From: Octopus sinensis
Lineage: Eukaryota
NCBI RefSeq assembly: GCF_006345805.1
Contig: NC_042999.1
Span: 88,350,001-88,414,000 of the forward strand
Reading direction: 5' to 3'
Length of the DNA stretch: 64,000 bases
Both the position numbers and the translations under genes were made by a program. Below, in pieces: positions 1-13,554 of the stretch (position 1 is the stretch's first letter; each line of letters begins with the position of its first letter). The notes beneath the pieces were generated by a model, which was not told the origin of the DNA, ran no database searches, and saw only the letters and a program-made list of their open reading frames with translations.

Positions 1-110
1 AATAAGTACTATGCTTACAAAGAATAAGTCTTGGAGTCAATTTCATCAACTAAAGGCAGTGCTCCAGCATGGCCACAGTCAAATGACGGAAACAAGTAAA
101 AGAGTAAAAG
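1..110 (+). mobile_element. 3' end of the main tRNA-derived SINE family (family S1)
   Basis: Matches the tail of the full copies at 54678-55074 and 61091-61517 (aataagtact..gctccagcatggccacagtcaaatgac..gtaaaaga). Confidence 0.85.
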
Positions 111-665
111 AACCTGTTTTGTTAGTTTCCTTGTTATTTATTGCTTTTCCAGGGGTGAAAGCTTTTTAGATACTTTGAGATGAGACAGAGGAAGTGAGTA
201 AGTAATCCTTAAACAGAACATCAAACCTAAATGTTCATGATAAATTTTACTCCACTGAAAACACCTGAAGGCCAGGTGTTTGTATTCAAATAGGTAATGA
301 TATAAATCTACCTTCTAAGAACTCATATGCTTCCACACAGTTTTTCATCTAGCCAATTTTACTCACAAGGCTTTGGTTGAGCTGCTCTTGTGATAGAAGT
401 TCTAGCTCCCACACAGTAAGATTAAACCTGAAACCATGTAACTGTAGAGTAAACTTCTTTAGAACATAGTCATGATGTCCAATACCCATTGAATTTGTTG
501 GTTGGTTGGATTGACATTTCGCTTTGACTGTTGACTTATTAAATTATCATAGCATAACTGAAAAGAAAATAGCTACTAGAAACCCAAAGTTCCATTTCCT
601 CTTAGATTTTTGATTCTGTAAACTTTGATATCTGAATGTATCAGTCTGTGTGGGTGTGCGTGTGT

Positions 666-706
<41 letters not shown>

Positions 707-950
707 TGGTAGAGGAAGAAAGAATATTCACTCATAATTAGATAGCAGCAAACATATCTATAGCTTTGGTTATATCTCATTGGAATTTGCTGTATTTATT
801 TTATTAATATATCAGCATAAAGCTTTGTGAGTTCACACACACACACACATATGTATGTATATGAATATATGTGTACATACACTGACACATGTATATATGT
901 ATATGTATATGAATATGTATACAAGCATATTTATATATGTGCATATGTCT

Positions 951-982
<32 letters not shown>

Positions 983-1724
983 ATTGTGTGTGAATCTTTA
1001 TCATTTTATACAGGTGCAGCATATTCATATAAACATACCTTATATCTTGAAATCCAACTACGAGTCATAAAATGTAACACATATTTTAGTTCTGCTTATT
1101 TGTCTAACAAATATATGTGGAACATAAAAGAGGTATGCTATTTCAGCCTGCTAAACACATATATGCTTTTTCTGATATCACTGATGCTGCAACTTCATTC
1201 ATGGAACTGCCAAAGGAGCATATCTTCTTTCTGTTCAAATCATCTATAGTTACAGGAATATTCCACCCCTTCCCCACGAACCATTTGGCTGTCGAATCCT
1301 TTTTGAATATAATTTTATTGCATGTAGCTAGCATCCATATCTTTTGCTGAAACCACAAGAAGAATCTAGTTCAGTTTTAAAAAATAGTGAAATTATATGT
1401 CGTATTGGATGCACAATTAGGAATTAGATTGTGCATTCAAATTTTGAACCAGCCAGCTGTTTTGCCCTTGAGCAAAATACTTCATTTCATGTTGCTTCAG
1501 TTCACTCAGATGAAAATAAGTACCAGTTACAAGTGAGGTGCTGGTGGCATAACTCAGCAACTGATTGGTGTCCCATTCAGGAAAGAGTTTTTTACTCTCC
1601 GTTAAATGCTACAGAATGTGAGGCAAGCTCTGGGCTGATGGGCCTGTAGTCAAACCAGCAAAGTATTTCAAAATTATGCATACATATTTATATACACATG
1701 CTTACAAAATGCATATATATATAT

Positions 1725-1925
1725 GTGACCTCGTGAGTACCACTGGCGATTTTTTTTCCTCTGTCTTCCCTTCTTGGGATCTTTCCTTCTCCTATGTTTC
1801 CGACGAAGAGCTCCGCTCGAAACATTAAATCCTCCTTCTTCCCTTCTTTCCTGAGCGTCTAATACTACTTTATTTGTTCCACGTCCTTGCGTTATTGTTT
1901 TTTTGTTTTCTTGTTTGGATTAACT
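1725..1925 (+). mobile_element. About 200-bp HHR-bearing repeat (family A), degenerate copy inserted in (TA)n
   Basis: Aligns end to end with 37740-37946. Core reads CCGACGA (U4>C) and GAAACATT (G>A), so it is probably inactive. TA runs flank both sides. Confidence 0.7.
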
Positions 1926-1942
1926 TTATATATATATATATG

Positions 1943-1947
<5 letters not shown>

Positions 1948-1987
<40 letters not shown>
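1948..1987. repeat. (AAT)n microsatellite
   Basis: Direct reading. Confidence 0.95.
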
Positions 1988-1990
<3 letters not shown>

Positions 1991-2254
1991 CACACTGAGC
2001 GAGGTATAAACAGTAGCTGTGAGGTATAAACAGTAGTGAAGTATATTTGCCACTTAAATGTGGATAACCCCTAAGGGTAGATGCTACTGTAGCTTGTAGC
2101 CCCAGGAGGACACCTCCTCCAGCTGGCTATTGACACACTTTCTGTGCCCTATCAGTATTTTCAAAGGGAAGTCAGCCTTGTCATCTTCAACCTGTATGAT
2201 TCACACGGACTCGAGTTTCTGGGTATTGACCCATGATCAGCATGTGACAATCAC

Positions 2255-3320
2255 TGATTGTCGATGAAAAGTAGGTTCCCTCAGCAAATAAATATCCTTT
2301 TTCCACGGACTCCAAGCAATATCTACCATTCAACAAATGCCACCCCAGACACACTAGAATGAATGTCTCTTCTGACCTGGCCAAAAGGATTTACTGTATG
2401 GTATCTGATACAAGCACCAGGAACACAACAACTACATGAGCTAAAGGATACACTCATCAGCAGGAACTGCCCACCATCACTATTTGATATTGGTTTTCAA
2501 TGTGCCCTACAACTAAAAATCCATGAACTCAGACATCTCAAACTAAGGAATGAATTACAACTAAAAGCCCTAGCATACATATCCACACACAACCCCCTAA
2601 GCAATGAGGCCTTTGACACCATTCTCCAGAACGTTCTGTTACTAAAAAGGAACCATAGAATGAATCAAATTCTCCAAATGCACATCATCACAAAGAGCAA
2701 AAGACAGCTCAAGCCAATGGAAAGTATTCTAACACAAGCCCAAGTACACTCATCAACAACATCGAAACTGATAGTAAACAAATGTGTAAGACCTAACTGT
2801 GGTATATGGGTTTACTTAATTGAGGGATTGGAGTTCTTCAAACAGGGTCGTCAGAAAACCTGATATATGTGGTAACTTTCTCAGGGAGTCAAGAGTAATA
2901 CATTGGTCAAACTAAAAACGGTCTATGCTAGAGGATGACCATACATAGACCCCCAGATTAAAATACAGAAATACAGAAAAATAGCATTAAGTGAATACAT
3001 TGACATTTGTGCTACTAATGAACAACCCAACTTTAGAATGTTTCCCCTCTATAAATTTAGGGACAATGCAACCTATAATCAGTGCATTAGCAAAGAATCA
3101 TGTTTTATCATGAAATATATGCTTCCACCACATATGACACTACTACAGGGATCTTAAAATAATACCCACAAAAATATTAAAAACAAAAGATATATAAGAA
3201 CAATCGCCATACATGAATTGATTTAGAACAATTCCTACTAATACTGTTGCTACAACCACAACAGGTCACTTTGAGGCCACATGGCCATTAAAGTAGATTC
3301 TACAGACACCCTCTACTACT
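2255..3320 (+). mobile_element. 5'-truncated, decayed Penelope-like retroelement (RT thumb, linker, GIY-YIG endonuclease)
   Basis: Frameshifted translation gives TDSKQYLPFNKCHPRHT..LAKRIYCMVSD..LHELKDTLISRNCPPSL (PLE thumb), CVRPNC, and NLIYVVTF..YIGQTKN..RMTIHR (GIY-YIG). Confidence 0.8.
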
Positions 3321-4009
3321 GGGTGATACCACTCCCATCCTTTTCTTCTTCTTCTTCTTCTTCTTCTTCTTCTTCTTCACCTTCTCTTTCTTTGGCTGCT
3401 GCTGTTTAAACCATCAAACTTCAGAACCAAATATATCTCTGCACCCATAAGAACAATTTTTCAGATCTGCTACTTCCTTAAGAGCCTTCACAAAGCAAAG
3501 GAGAGCATAACAGAAAAAACGAAAATGCCCTACCTATTTAAAGACTATGGAAATATTTACAAAATACTACATTTAAATTTTTCTTTAATCTAATTGTTTT
3601 TCTTCTCAGTTAATATCTACCTGTGTTTTACTTAGGCGAAAAAGTAAAAAAGACAGAAACCAGTATTTATTATTTTAGTATTTTCTACTTTTTCTTATTT
3701 TCCTTATACATATCAACTTGTTAGTCATTTTTCAACATTCTACACACACACACACACACACATATTTATCTTAACAAGTCAACATTTACCTAAGGCAAGG
3801 CTTCTTCTCTAAAGACCTTCTGTTCAGTTCTCCCCAAAATTTCTTATAATTTTATTTATAAATAGAATAAAATAGGAGTAAGATACTTTCCAATCTCCAT
3901 GTGATTTATAGACAAACAAACAGATAGACAGACAGGCAGACAGACAGATAAAAGACAGATATATAGACCAACAGGAAGACAGTGGGGCAACAGATATATA
4001 TATACTCAC

Positions 4010-4330
4010 AGGCATGATTGTGTGGTTAAAATGTTCATTTCCCAATCAGCTGGTCTTGCATTCAGTACTCTTGCATGACACCTTGAGCAAGTCTCTCCTA
4101 TTATAGCTCTGAACTAAGCAAAGCTTCGTGAGAATAGTTAGTAGATGGAAACTGAATGTATATATGTGTGTGTGTGTGTCCTTTTCTTGACACTATGCAA
4201 TAGTTGTATATGAGCAACATCATCATATAAGCAGTGTTATTCCAATCTGGCCTTAGCAAATATCCTTCAAAAATTCCATCGGATCTATGCAAGCATGGAT
4301 GGAAAGTAGACATTAAAACAATGATGACAA
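4010..4330 (+). mobile_element. Diverged SINE (S1-related head)
   Basis: gtgtggttaa..caccttgagcaagtct..atggaaactgaa head and core, followed by an (ATG)-like tail. Confidence 0.6.
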
Positions 4331-5394
4331 TGGTAGCAGCAGTGACAACAACAATGATGATCATGATGATGATGACAGCAATGACAATGAACATCATGAT
4401 GAAGGTCACTCTTGGAAAATATATTAAAATGCATTCAAGTCAAATAACGGTTCTGAACAACCCAGAAATATCATTCGTCTGTTATTTGTGCACTGAGAAT
4501 CAAACATTACCAACAGGGATTTATGACCTGAATTAAATTGGAAAGAGAAAATAACACATGCAATGAAAATTAATTCGTTATTGATAGTTCATTTCCAACT
4601 TTAATGATCAATGTCTGTATATCGCTAACATATCTTTCTTTAATATGGACAATTTTTCATGTAAAAGAACAAACACACATCTGGTTGTTGCCACTGCTTG
4701 TCTAGGATTGGTGAAGTTTGGCCAAAACAATGAATCAAAACACAGATGGAAGATGAGAGAATATTGTATAATCAGTTGATCCTACTTTCAGGTGAAGCAG
4801 ATCAGATTAAGCAAAGACAACTGACAACTAGCTTCAGCTAGTATTTCTTATTGACCAGGTCATAGATCAAAAGCTTTGAACTATCATCAATTGGATACTC
4901 AAGATAGATTATTATCAGATGGCTAATCATAACAACAGCTGGCTTTTCATGAACTTTAGAGAGGCTGAAAAGTAAACTATTTTTGTTCATTATCATTATT
5001 CTTCTTCAATATTTATTTAGCTTACAGTCTGGAAGGTGGTAAGTGCTACTAATGTTATCAGTATATGGCTGTACTGTTGGAAGTTTGTATCTGTTTGCCT
5101 GTCTGTATCAGGTTGCTGCTATCCTGTTACCAACATTTACTTTTCTGATTTAACGAGCAAACTTTAACCCAAGTCACATTGGTGAATGAAATGACATCAT
5201 TAGCATTCACCAATCTAGCTTTGGTTAGGATTTCCACTCACATAATGATGGCTAAAACAAACTAAAACTCTATAGAACTTTACAATATGCTTTCTAATAG
5301 ATCCTATGTATCTGAATTTCTAGGTGACCGGGCAGAGACTCTTTAATTGGCTCAAAGAGTACACAGTATTTAGAGCAGAGTTAAAGAATAAATA

Positions 5395-5440
5395 GTAGTA
5401 GCTGTAGCAGCAGCAGCAGAGGCAATAGTAGAAACAGCAA

Positions 5441-5473
<33 letters not shown>

Positions 5474-5483
5474 TAGTAGTAGT

Positions 5484-5551
<68 letters not shown>
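5395..5551. repeat. Compound (TAG)n/(CAG)n microsatellite
   Basis: Direct reading. It produces the poly-Y/poly-C artefact ORF 5320..5727. Confidence 0.95.
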
Positions 5552-5552
<1 letters not shown>

Positions 5553-5559
5553 TATTTAC

Positions 5560-7445
5560 AGTCCACAACATCATTGAGGCTGTTTTTGTAATACAATGTT
5601 TTGATGTTATTGGGAGGTAAATATAGCTTTGAGTAGAATAAACTATAGTTTGATAGTGTTGCAATTCTGATTCAAAAGTTATGAACGTCTTTAGATTTTG
5701 AGAGAAAATAAAAGAAACCAGGGTCATTAGAAGTGTATTTTATCATTTATTGAAGTTTTCTTCATCACTACTGCCTGAAGTATCACTTTCACCATCACTG
5801 ATTTCATTTTTGGACACTTTATCATTTTTAATAGCTCTAATATGCTTGTAAAGCTTGTTCAGATGAGAATTAGCTTTGTTAATGCATCCTTAGACTATTT
5901 TGATCTCCAGATTCCGAAATGATGTATACAGTCATACCAGCACTCGCTCAAAGGTGATATTTATGGTGTACTGTCTTCCTACTTCTCCTTTGACAATGGC
6001 CCATATGAGCTTGATTGACTGCAAATTGGAATGATGCAGTGAAGAAACGATGACCTTATGACCTCTTTCTCTTGCCATGGAACAAATAACTGAAAATACG
6101 TGTAGTTTGTTGTACTCCCTCAGCTTTTCTCCTAGCACACACTTCAGATCTGTTTCAAATGGAATTTCTCATGCTCAACATGAAGTCTGTATTTGAGCCT
6201 TCTTTCATCATCCTTTTGGTGTTGATTCAGAGTAATTAGAGTGATATTTGGCATTGTTCATCACAATGACAGCATTACTAATCCCTTGGTCATCAAAAGC
6301 TTTGAAGAGCTCCATCCACTCAACAAAATACTAGTGGCTAAACATTCCATGGTAGTCTTTTGTTTGCTTTCCTCCAACAAAAATGAGCAGAGTGTTCTCC
6401 ATTGAGTGAGCCACTTGATTTTCTTCTGGCACCATGTAGTCAGGATAAATGGCTATGATGAAACAGTATTGCTTTCCTTTGTGTTGTATTTTTACTTGTT
6501 GGTTCTGCTCATCATTTGGATAATGCAAACTGTCGTCATGTTGAGCATAATTCTTGTGAATATAGCTTTCATCCATGTACACAATTCATCACCTCTTCAC
6601 TGTGTTGAGAGAAACCGTATAAAGATCCGACTTACGAATGTTCTTGGCTTGAAGATTGTAGCACATTATTCCTTCCTTCTTTCCACCATGGTATCCTTTT
6701 CACTTGAGGAATCTTTGAACAGATCACAGAGCTGCTTGGACTTGCTTTGGTTGATCACAGTCAATAGCAATGAAACCATTTTGATACAGCTGTCCATCAC
6801 GCCTCGAGCAACTGTCCTAGTGTGAATTGCCCGATGATCTCTGACAAATTTCTGGATTATGGAAGTCACAAGATGAAGATGAGGAACTACTGAAGCCTTT
6901 AGATTTCAATTTCCAGTAATTTTCTGCTCTGAAATTTCTCCAGCCTCAACAAATTTGGTCCAGGTTTTGCCACAGAATTTATTACTTCGACCAAGGACAT
7001 TTGCAGTACGGTTTGTGGCATTTGCATTCTTCTTCATTTGCCCAGGTCTCTTATTACTGTGCAGCACAATATGTTCATGATAAAATTTGGCTTGTACAGA
7101 GAGAATATCCTGCTTCTCCTTGGTAAGTCCCCTCGGTTGATATTTTTTTTCCCGGAACTTCAAAGATTTAAGAAATGGTTTATCCACAAACTTATGCATC
7201 TTCTTGAGAATGCAAGAAACAACATTTCCCTGTCTTTTGTTTCTTCTCAGCTCCAAAACACAATCTTCAATTTGGTCCTTTTCTTCATTTCTTTCCATAA
7301 CTTTTGATCTTGGAGGGGAGAGAAAAATAATTAATGGTGCAAACGAAAGATCTCAACAAACTCTATTCAACGATATAATGAGGTTAAACTAGCAGTAAAA
7401 ACTGAGTAAAACACAAAATAGGCCTCAGTTGTGTCACAGACTGTT
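5560..7445 (-). mobile_element. Decayed IS630-Tc1-mariner transposon with long D-E spacing (Sailor/DD82E-like)
   Basis: Minus-strand translation: YMDESYIH (D at 6571-6573), HKGKQYCFI, GGKQTKDYHGMF, VIVMNNAKYH (D>N at 6256-6258), LQSIKLIWAIVKGEVGRQYT (E>K at 6010-6012). There are 81 codons between the second and third catalytic positions and several stops. Boundaries are approximate. Confidence 0.75.
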
Positions 7446-9189
7446 AGTCGTAGAACAAACCATGATCTGGAAATCCAATCGGGAAAATTCTCACCGTTTT
7501 GAAATATCTAGGACTACATTGTCCATACTTTTTTTGAAGGTGGTACAGCATTATTCAAGAGAGTTTAGCTGCTATTTCTGGGAGATCAAATAACTCCATA
7601 CAGATGCCTTAAATAGTTGTTGCAGTTGTTTTCAACAAGGCTACTCCTTATTAAGCAGACCTACAATCATTGGATTAATGGCATTCTGGCTGCTGCCATC
7701 CTGTTGTTCTTGTATATAAGTAAAAGAGCCACTAAGTTTATTGTTCATGTAGTAAGCTACAAAATTCTTATATTCTCTTGATTTCCTGTAATTCAGACCA
7801 CCCAGCAGACAAAATAAAAAAAGTGTTGCTCTGGGCAATAGCAAAAGAGAGAACTTCAATATAAACTATAGCCCTTTTTTTCATTTTTACTTTTTCTTTC
7901 TTTTCTTGAGATGACAAGGAGATTTGAGAGCATCTGGTTGCTATTTCTTTCAGACTGAGTGACTGCGAAAATATTTTTCACTGGTTTATTTACTAACATT
8001 TTGTAAAAGCATATAGATATACAAATTACAATGGGAAGTAGAATTATTCATTACAACTTTAATAATAGTATGTGTAATGAAAATACAAAAGAGTAGAATC
8101 AGTGATAACTGTGAAAATAAGGTTAACAGAAGTGTGAGAAACGATGTCATCGTTGCTTCTTTCTACCATATGAGGGGTTCTCTATAAGGGTGTTTATTTT
8201 TTCTGAAATATTATTTGACAATATCTCTGCTATTTATTATTTTTGTTGGTGAACTTACAAATTGATTTACTTTAGTAGTGGTTTCTATCTGTTAGTTTTT
8301 AGTAGGATTTTAGTTGTGTTTTTATTGGCATTCTGCCATACATGAGGGAAGTTGCCAGCACTGTTTTATTCTTTGTTGTTTCACCATCACAAAATTAGTT
8401 TTCTTTCTGTCTAATCAAATCATCCATTTTCAAAAACTGTAAGACACATTTTCATCTAGTTCACAGTTATTGAACCTCATAAATCTATCAATTGTTTTAC
8501 TCTACTTTCAACTACTAAAAGCAGTGGTTTCCAAATGGTGCACTATAGAACTCTGCAGTGTTGTAAAATTTAGCAAGATGCTTCATGAAAATAGTTAAAT
8601 TGTCATCATCATTGTCATTATCACTCTTTTAACATTGACTTTTCTGTATTTTCATTGTATTCACTAAGGTAAACTTTCTGTAACCAGATACCCTTCCTGT
8701 CACCAACCCTCTTCTATTTACAAGCAATGTAAAATTTCCCCAGGGCCAGACATGTTTTTCACTGAAGAATGGAAATGGATGATATTGTTTATGTGATGTC
8801 GCTACTCATTTTCAACCATTACACAATGGCAAGACAAGAAGAAACATACAAATTCACAGAAATACACACACATACACACACTAACACACATAGTATATAG
8901 GTATATGAATATGTGTGTATATGTATGTATTGGGTCATCCCATGTATATGTGTGTATTGGGTTATCCCATAAATAATGTATATATGTATGTATAATGTTT
9001 ATGTATGTATATGTATATATAGTGTATATATGTATGTATAAATAATGTATATATGTATGTATAATGTTTATGTATGTATATGTATGTATATGTATATATA
9101 GTGTATATATGTCTGTACAAATAATGTATATATGTATGTATTGGGTCATCCCATAAATAATGCAGTTTTTTCACTTGCATGAACTAAAA

Positions 9190-9985
9190 GTTGGAGGGGC
9201 ATGGGATAAACTACCTGCATCAACTTGCTATAAAAGCAGGTAGTAATTTTACCTTGTACTTATTCTTAATGCAAGTTTTGAAGAGTGCAGTTCGATTTTA
9301 ACATTTATTTTCTCAAAGCTATAATGAAAATGATCAAGAAGCATATTCAGCATATTTTTGCTTTATGAGTTCAATAAAGCCAACAGCGCAACAGAAAGTG
9401 TGAAGAATATTGATGCAGTATATGGGAATTGGACATTAATTGTAAGCTAGTGTCAACGTTGGTTCCAGAAATTCCAAACCGGAAACTACAGTCTGAAGAC
9501 AAGATGCATCCTGGAAAATCTGTAGAGCTCAACGAGGACATCCTGCCAATCCTATTGGAACAAAATCCAATTGTAACTGTTGAGGAACTAGCAGAAAAGC
9601 TTGGATTTGGTCATTCAACCAGTCATTCAAGTCAGCACTAGAAAAGAAATGACCATCTTTGGTTTCAAGATGGAAAATGTTCTTCCATCAGGATAATGCT
9701 TGGCCAAATACAGCAAGGATGACATTCCAAAGGCTGGAGCAGTTTGAATGGGAAGCGATGCCCTACCCACTATATTTGCTGGACATTGCCCCATTTGATT
9801 ATCATTTATTCTGCAGTCTTCAAAATAATTTGGATGGAAAATATATGAATTTTGTAGATGAGCTCATAACAGTACTGAATGAGTATTTTTCATCACAGAC
9901 AAGTGAATTTTAGAAGAGGGACCTTGCAAGTCTACCAAATAGATGGAAAAGTATTGTAGAAAATGGAGGAGTGTATAAAAAAAAA
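9190..9985 (+). mobile_element. Internally deleted mariner (DD34D-type) transposase relic
   Basis: KHI..LYEFNKANSATES, RWFQKF, QNPIVTVEELAEKLG, then HQDNAWPNT and YLLDIAPFDYHLF (YSPDLAPSDYHLF variant), RWKSIVENGG. Confidence 0.8.
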
Positions 9986-10290
9986 GGAGCACTCTGTTGA
10001 TTACGATGATGAGGGTCCCAGCTGATATGATCAATGGAACAGCTTGCTCGTGAAATTAACATGCAAGTGGCTGAGCACTCCACAGTTCTCTGGGAGATTC
10101 AGCATGACACAGAGGGTGACAAGGCTGGTCCTTTAAAATACGCGTACTACTCATTTTTGCCAACTGAGTGGACTGAAGCAATGTGAAATAAAGTGTCTGG
10201 CTCAAGGATACAATGCGTCGCTGGGAATTAAACTCATGACCTTAAAATTGTGAGCTGAATACTCTAACTACTCAGCCATGTGCCTTCACT
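9985..10290 (-). mobile_element. tRNA-derived SINE (family S3)
   Basis: Shares the cttgctcgtgaaattaac..gtggctgagcactccacag block with 14418-14803. tRNA-like head near 10230-10290. Confidence 0.75.
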
Positions 10291-10394
10291 GGTAGAGAGT
10301 ATATTTTAGATTAAAAAAGAACTATCGTTGATCTTAATTCTGAAGAATAAAAGAGGTATAAAAAAACCACATTGTTTATGGGATGACTCAATAT

Positions 10395-10426
<32 letters not shown>

Positions 10427-10563
10427 GTCATTACAGATATAGGGTGAAATATAATTAATTCAATAAAATCAACAAATTTCACCTAGTAGTATTTTGGCAT
10501 GGAAAGGACCATATTCGGTAAAAATTTATATAATTATAGTAGTAAGGGGTTGCAACAAGTTGC

Positions 10564-10624
<61 letters not shown>

Positions 10625-10642
10625 AACATATATCTGTGTGTG

Positions 10643-10817
10643 TATTATTCAAAACAGTTTGATTTGGATTCCTTGCTACTTCAAGTTTCAAAGCCCCTAA
10701 TAGGGCCTTTCTTGTCAGACTTGTAAGGGATTCTTATCAGCCTGGTGAGCTAGGCCTCATTAGGGGCTTCAAAACTTGAAGCAGCACAGAATCTGAATAA
10801 AACTGCTTTGAATAATA
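10643..10817. mobile_element. Foldback MITE-like element with about 65-bp imperfect terminal inverted repeats
   Basis: tattattcaaaacagttt..cttcaagtttcaaagcccctaat is inverted by attaggggcttcaaaacttgaag..aactgctttgaataata. Confidence 0.6.
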
Positions 10818-11479
10818 TATGTAACTCCCACTGGAGTTACTCACTCACACACACACATGCATACAAAATGATGCTTCCTTTCTGTTTCCATTTACCAAAT
10901 GCATTCACAAGGCTTTGCTCAACTCAAAACTACAGTACAAGTCATTTACCTAGAGTGACTTGCAGTAGTGGGATAGAAATTTCTTAATTATACAGCTATA
11001 CCTGTTAAGTCAGTGAAAAAGAGTTAAAATAAATTTCATGAATTTAAAAATATATACTGAAGATCAATTATGAATATATTTATCTTAAATTTTCCACAAT
11101 ATAAACAACATCACCCAAATAGATGAGGCATATCTTTCTCATCAGTAATGAAGCTTTGATTACTGAATAAAAACATTAATACTTAATTATATATTGTAAT
11201 TTAAAACATTTATAATTATTGGCTGAAGTGGTGTTTCTGAAATGATGTGCAGCCATGTGGTTGTGAAGCAAACTTTTAAATCACACAGCCATACCTGTAC
11301 CTATGTATATGCATTATATATACATGTCTGTGTGTGTGTGTGGAAAGAGAGAGAAAAGAGGAGGGATAGAGAGAGGGAGAGACAGTCAGACAGTTGACAG
11401 ACAAACAGCAGGCAGATAGACAGACAGACAGACAGGCAAATAGATAGATAGATAAATATGCATACATATATTATTCTAT

Positions 11480-11724
11480 TATTCTTTTATTCTTTTACTT
11501 GTTTCAGTCATCTGAATGTGGCCATGCTGGAGCACTGCCTTTTGTCGAATGAATCGACCCCAGGACTTATTCTTTGTAAGCATGGTACTTATTCTATCTG
11601 TTCCTTTTTACTGAACCGCTAAATGATAGGGACGTAAACACACAAACATCAGTTGTCAAGCAATGATGGGGGGACAAACAGACACAAATAACAAACATTC
11701 AATTATATATATATATAATATATA

Positions 11725-11778
<54 letters not shown>

Positions 11779-11931
11779 GATGAGCTTCTTTCAATTTCCA
11801 TCTACCAAATGCACTCACAATGCTTTGGTTGGACCGAGGTTATAGTAGATGCCTGCCCAAGGTGCCATGCAGTGAGACTGAAACTGGAATCATGTGGTTA
11901 GTAAGCAAGCTTCTTACCACACAGCCACTCC
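11480..11931 (-). mobile_element. SINE S1, full length, with internal (TA)n expansion
   Basis: Reverse complement matches 54678-55074. Confidence 0.9.
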
Positions 11932-12046
11932 TGTACCTTTACATATATGTATGTATGTATGTATGCATGTATGTATGTATGTATGTATATGTATGTGTAT
12001 GTGTGTATATATATGTGCATGTATATATATATGTATAAATATATAC

Positions 12047-12121
<75 letters not shown>

Positions 12122-12123
12122 GC

Positions 12124-12159
<36 letters not shown>

Positions 12160-12221
12160 ATATATGTATGTATGTAACCAACATTGTAGCTGTAGCCTGT
12201 AGCCCCAGACTGGCTCCAATG

Positions 12222-12410
12222 CTGGTGGCACATAAAAAGCACCTACTACACCCTCGGAGTGGTTGGCACAAGTAAGGAAGGAAGGGCATCCAGCTGTAGA
12301 AACATTGCCAGATCAGATTGGAGCCTGGTGCATCTACTGGCTTTCCAGACCCCACTCAAACTGCCCAATGGAAAACAGACATTAAACGATGACGATGAGG
12401 ATGATGATGA
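12222..12410 (+). mobile_element. Solo copy of the RTE LINE 3' end with (ATG)n tail
   Basis: Matches 21225-21415 (taaaaagcacc..ggaagggcatccagc..atggaaaa..gatgatgat). Confidence 0.8.
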
Positions 12411-13234
12411 TGTATGTATATATACATACATGCACATGTTTATAATATGATGAGCTTCCATTGTTTCCATTGACCGTATTTCACTCACAAAGCATTGGTT
12501 GGTCTGCTGATGTAGAAGACAACGGTTCAAGTTGCCACATGATAAAACTCAATAATGTAAAGCCATGTGGTTGGAAAACTGACTTCTTAACCACACAGCC
12601 ATGCTTTATATAACACTAATGAGAGATTGATGAGCTTCAATGACTAGTATGAACTAAATGAAAATGTGTCTTCAATTTTGGAAAGTGAATGATTTGATCA
12701 CACAGTGTGAAAACTAATTTTGTGAAAGTAAAACAGCAGCTGCAACAACAACAACAACAACAAAACAATAATAATAGCAACTTACTCTGCCTATGTCAGT
12801 AAAGACAAAGCAAAATGTCAAAAATGGTAAGCATAATGTTTTTTTTTTGTTTTCTCTAAATATTTAATTTAAATCATTGTCTTTTTTTTTCTTTTAAATT
12901 ATCTATGCAAATAGAGCTGCTATTTTTCATTTGGTCTCCAGTGTACCAGAATGTCAAAATTTTAAGAAACATTGGGCAAAACTATATATTTTAACAAAGT
13001 GCACAAAAAATATTTTTATTTGCTCAAAAGTGAAGTGAGCCATAAATAGAGAAATGTTTGCCAACCACTGGTTCAATGACATACTAATATAGTTGCCCTG
13101 GGATGCTCGCATTCTGTTTTACAAGACTGAATGAAGTAGCTTTATGCGCTACCATTTAAAAAAGTCCACCACCATCACCACCACACCACTATCATCATCA
13201 TTATCATCATTACTGTTGATCTTTTTTTTAACTC

Positions 13235-13510
13235 TGGCTTTGTTGGAACTCCTGGAGTCTTGCATGCATAGCGGGCTTGCTATCTGCAGTCTATGGCATC
13301 ATGCTATCCATTCTTTTCAGCTGTCTAATACTTTCTTGATTATTCTGGCCATGCCAAGGAAGCAAACTTTTGTAACAGTTCTACTGGGCACTCTATTCCA
13401 ATTTCTTTTATATTCTTCTTGATGCCATCTCATACTGTCCCTAAGGACCCAACAATAATTGGCTCTCTCCTCTTTGTTTTCCATAGCCAGGCTATTTTGT
13501 ACTTAAGAGG
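13235..13510 (-). mobile_element. 3' end of a restriction-like-endonuclease (R4/Dong-like) non-LTR element
   Basis: Minus-strand PIIVGSLGTV..IKEIGIECPVELLQK..ARIIKKVLDS* (with a frameshift) resembles the C-terminus of RLE-type LINEs. It sits between simple repeats. Confidence 0.5.
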
Positions 13511-13554
13511 ATTGTGTTTGTTGTTGTTGTTGTTGTTATTATTATTATCATTAA

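Noticed and set aside
547-1249. ORFs rich in HT, YI, CV and similar dipeptides here and throughout the window (for example 11894-12355, 27864-28228, 28676-29259)
   Set aside because: They are translations of (CA)n, (TA)n and (TATG)n microsatellites, not genes.
7641-7859. 72-aa minus-strand ORF with a possible acceptor, upstream of the Sailor-like element
   Set aside because: No homology was recognised and no partner exons were found, so it cannot be supported as a gene.
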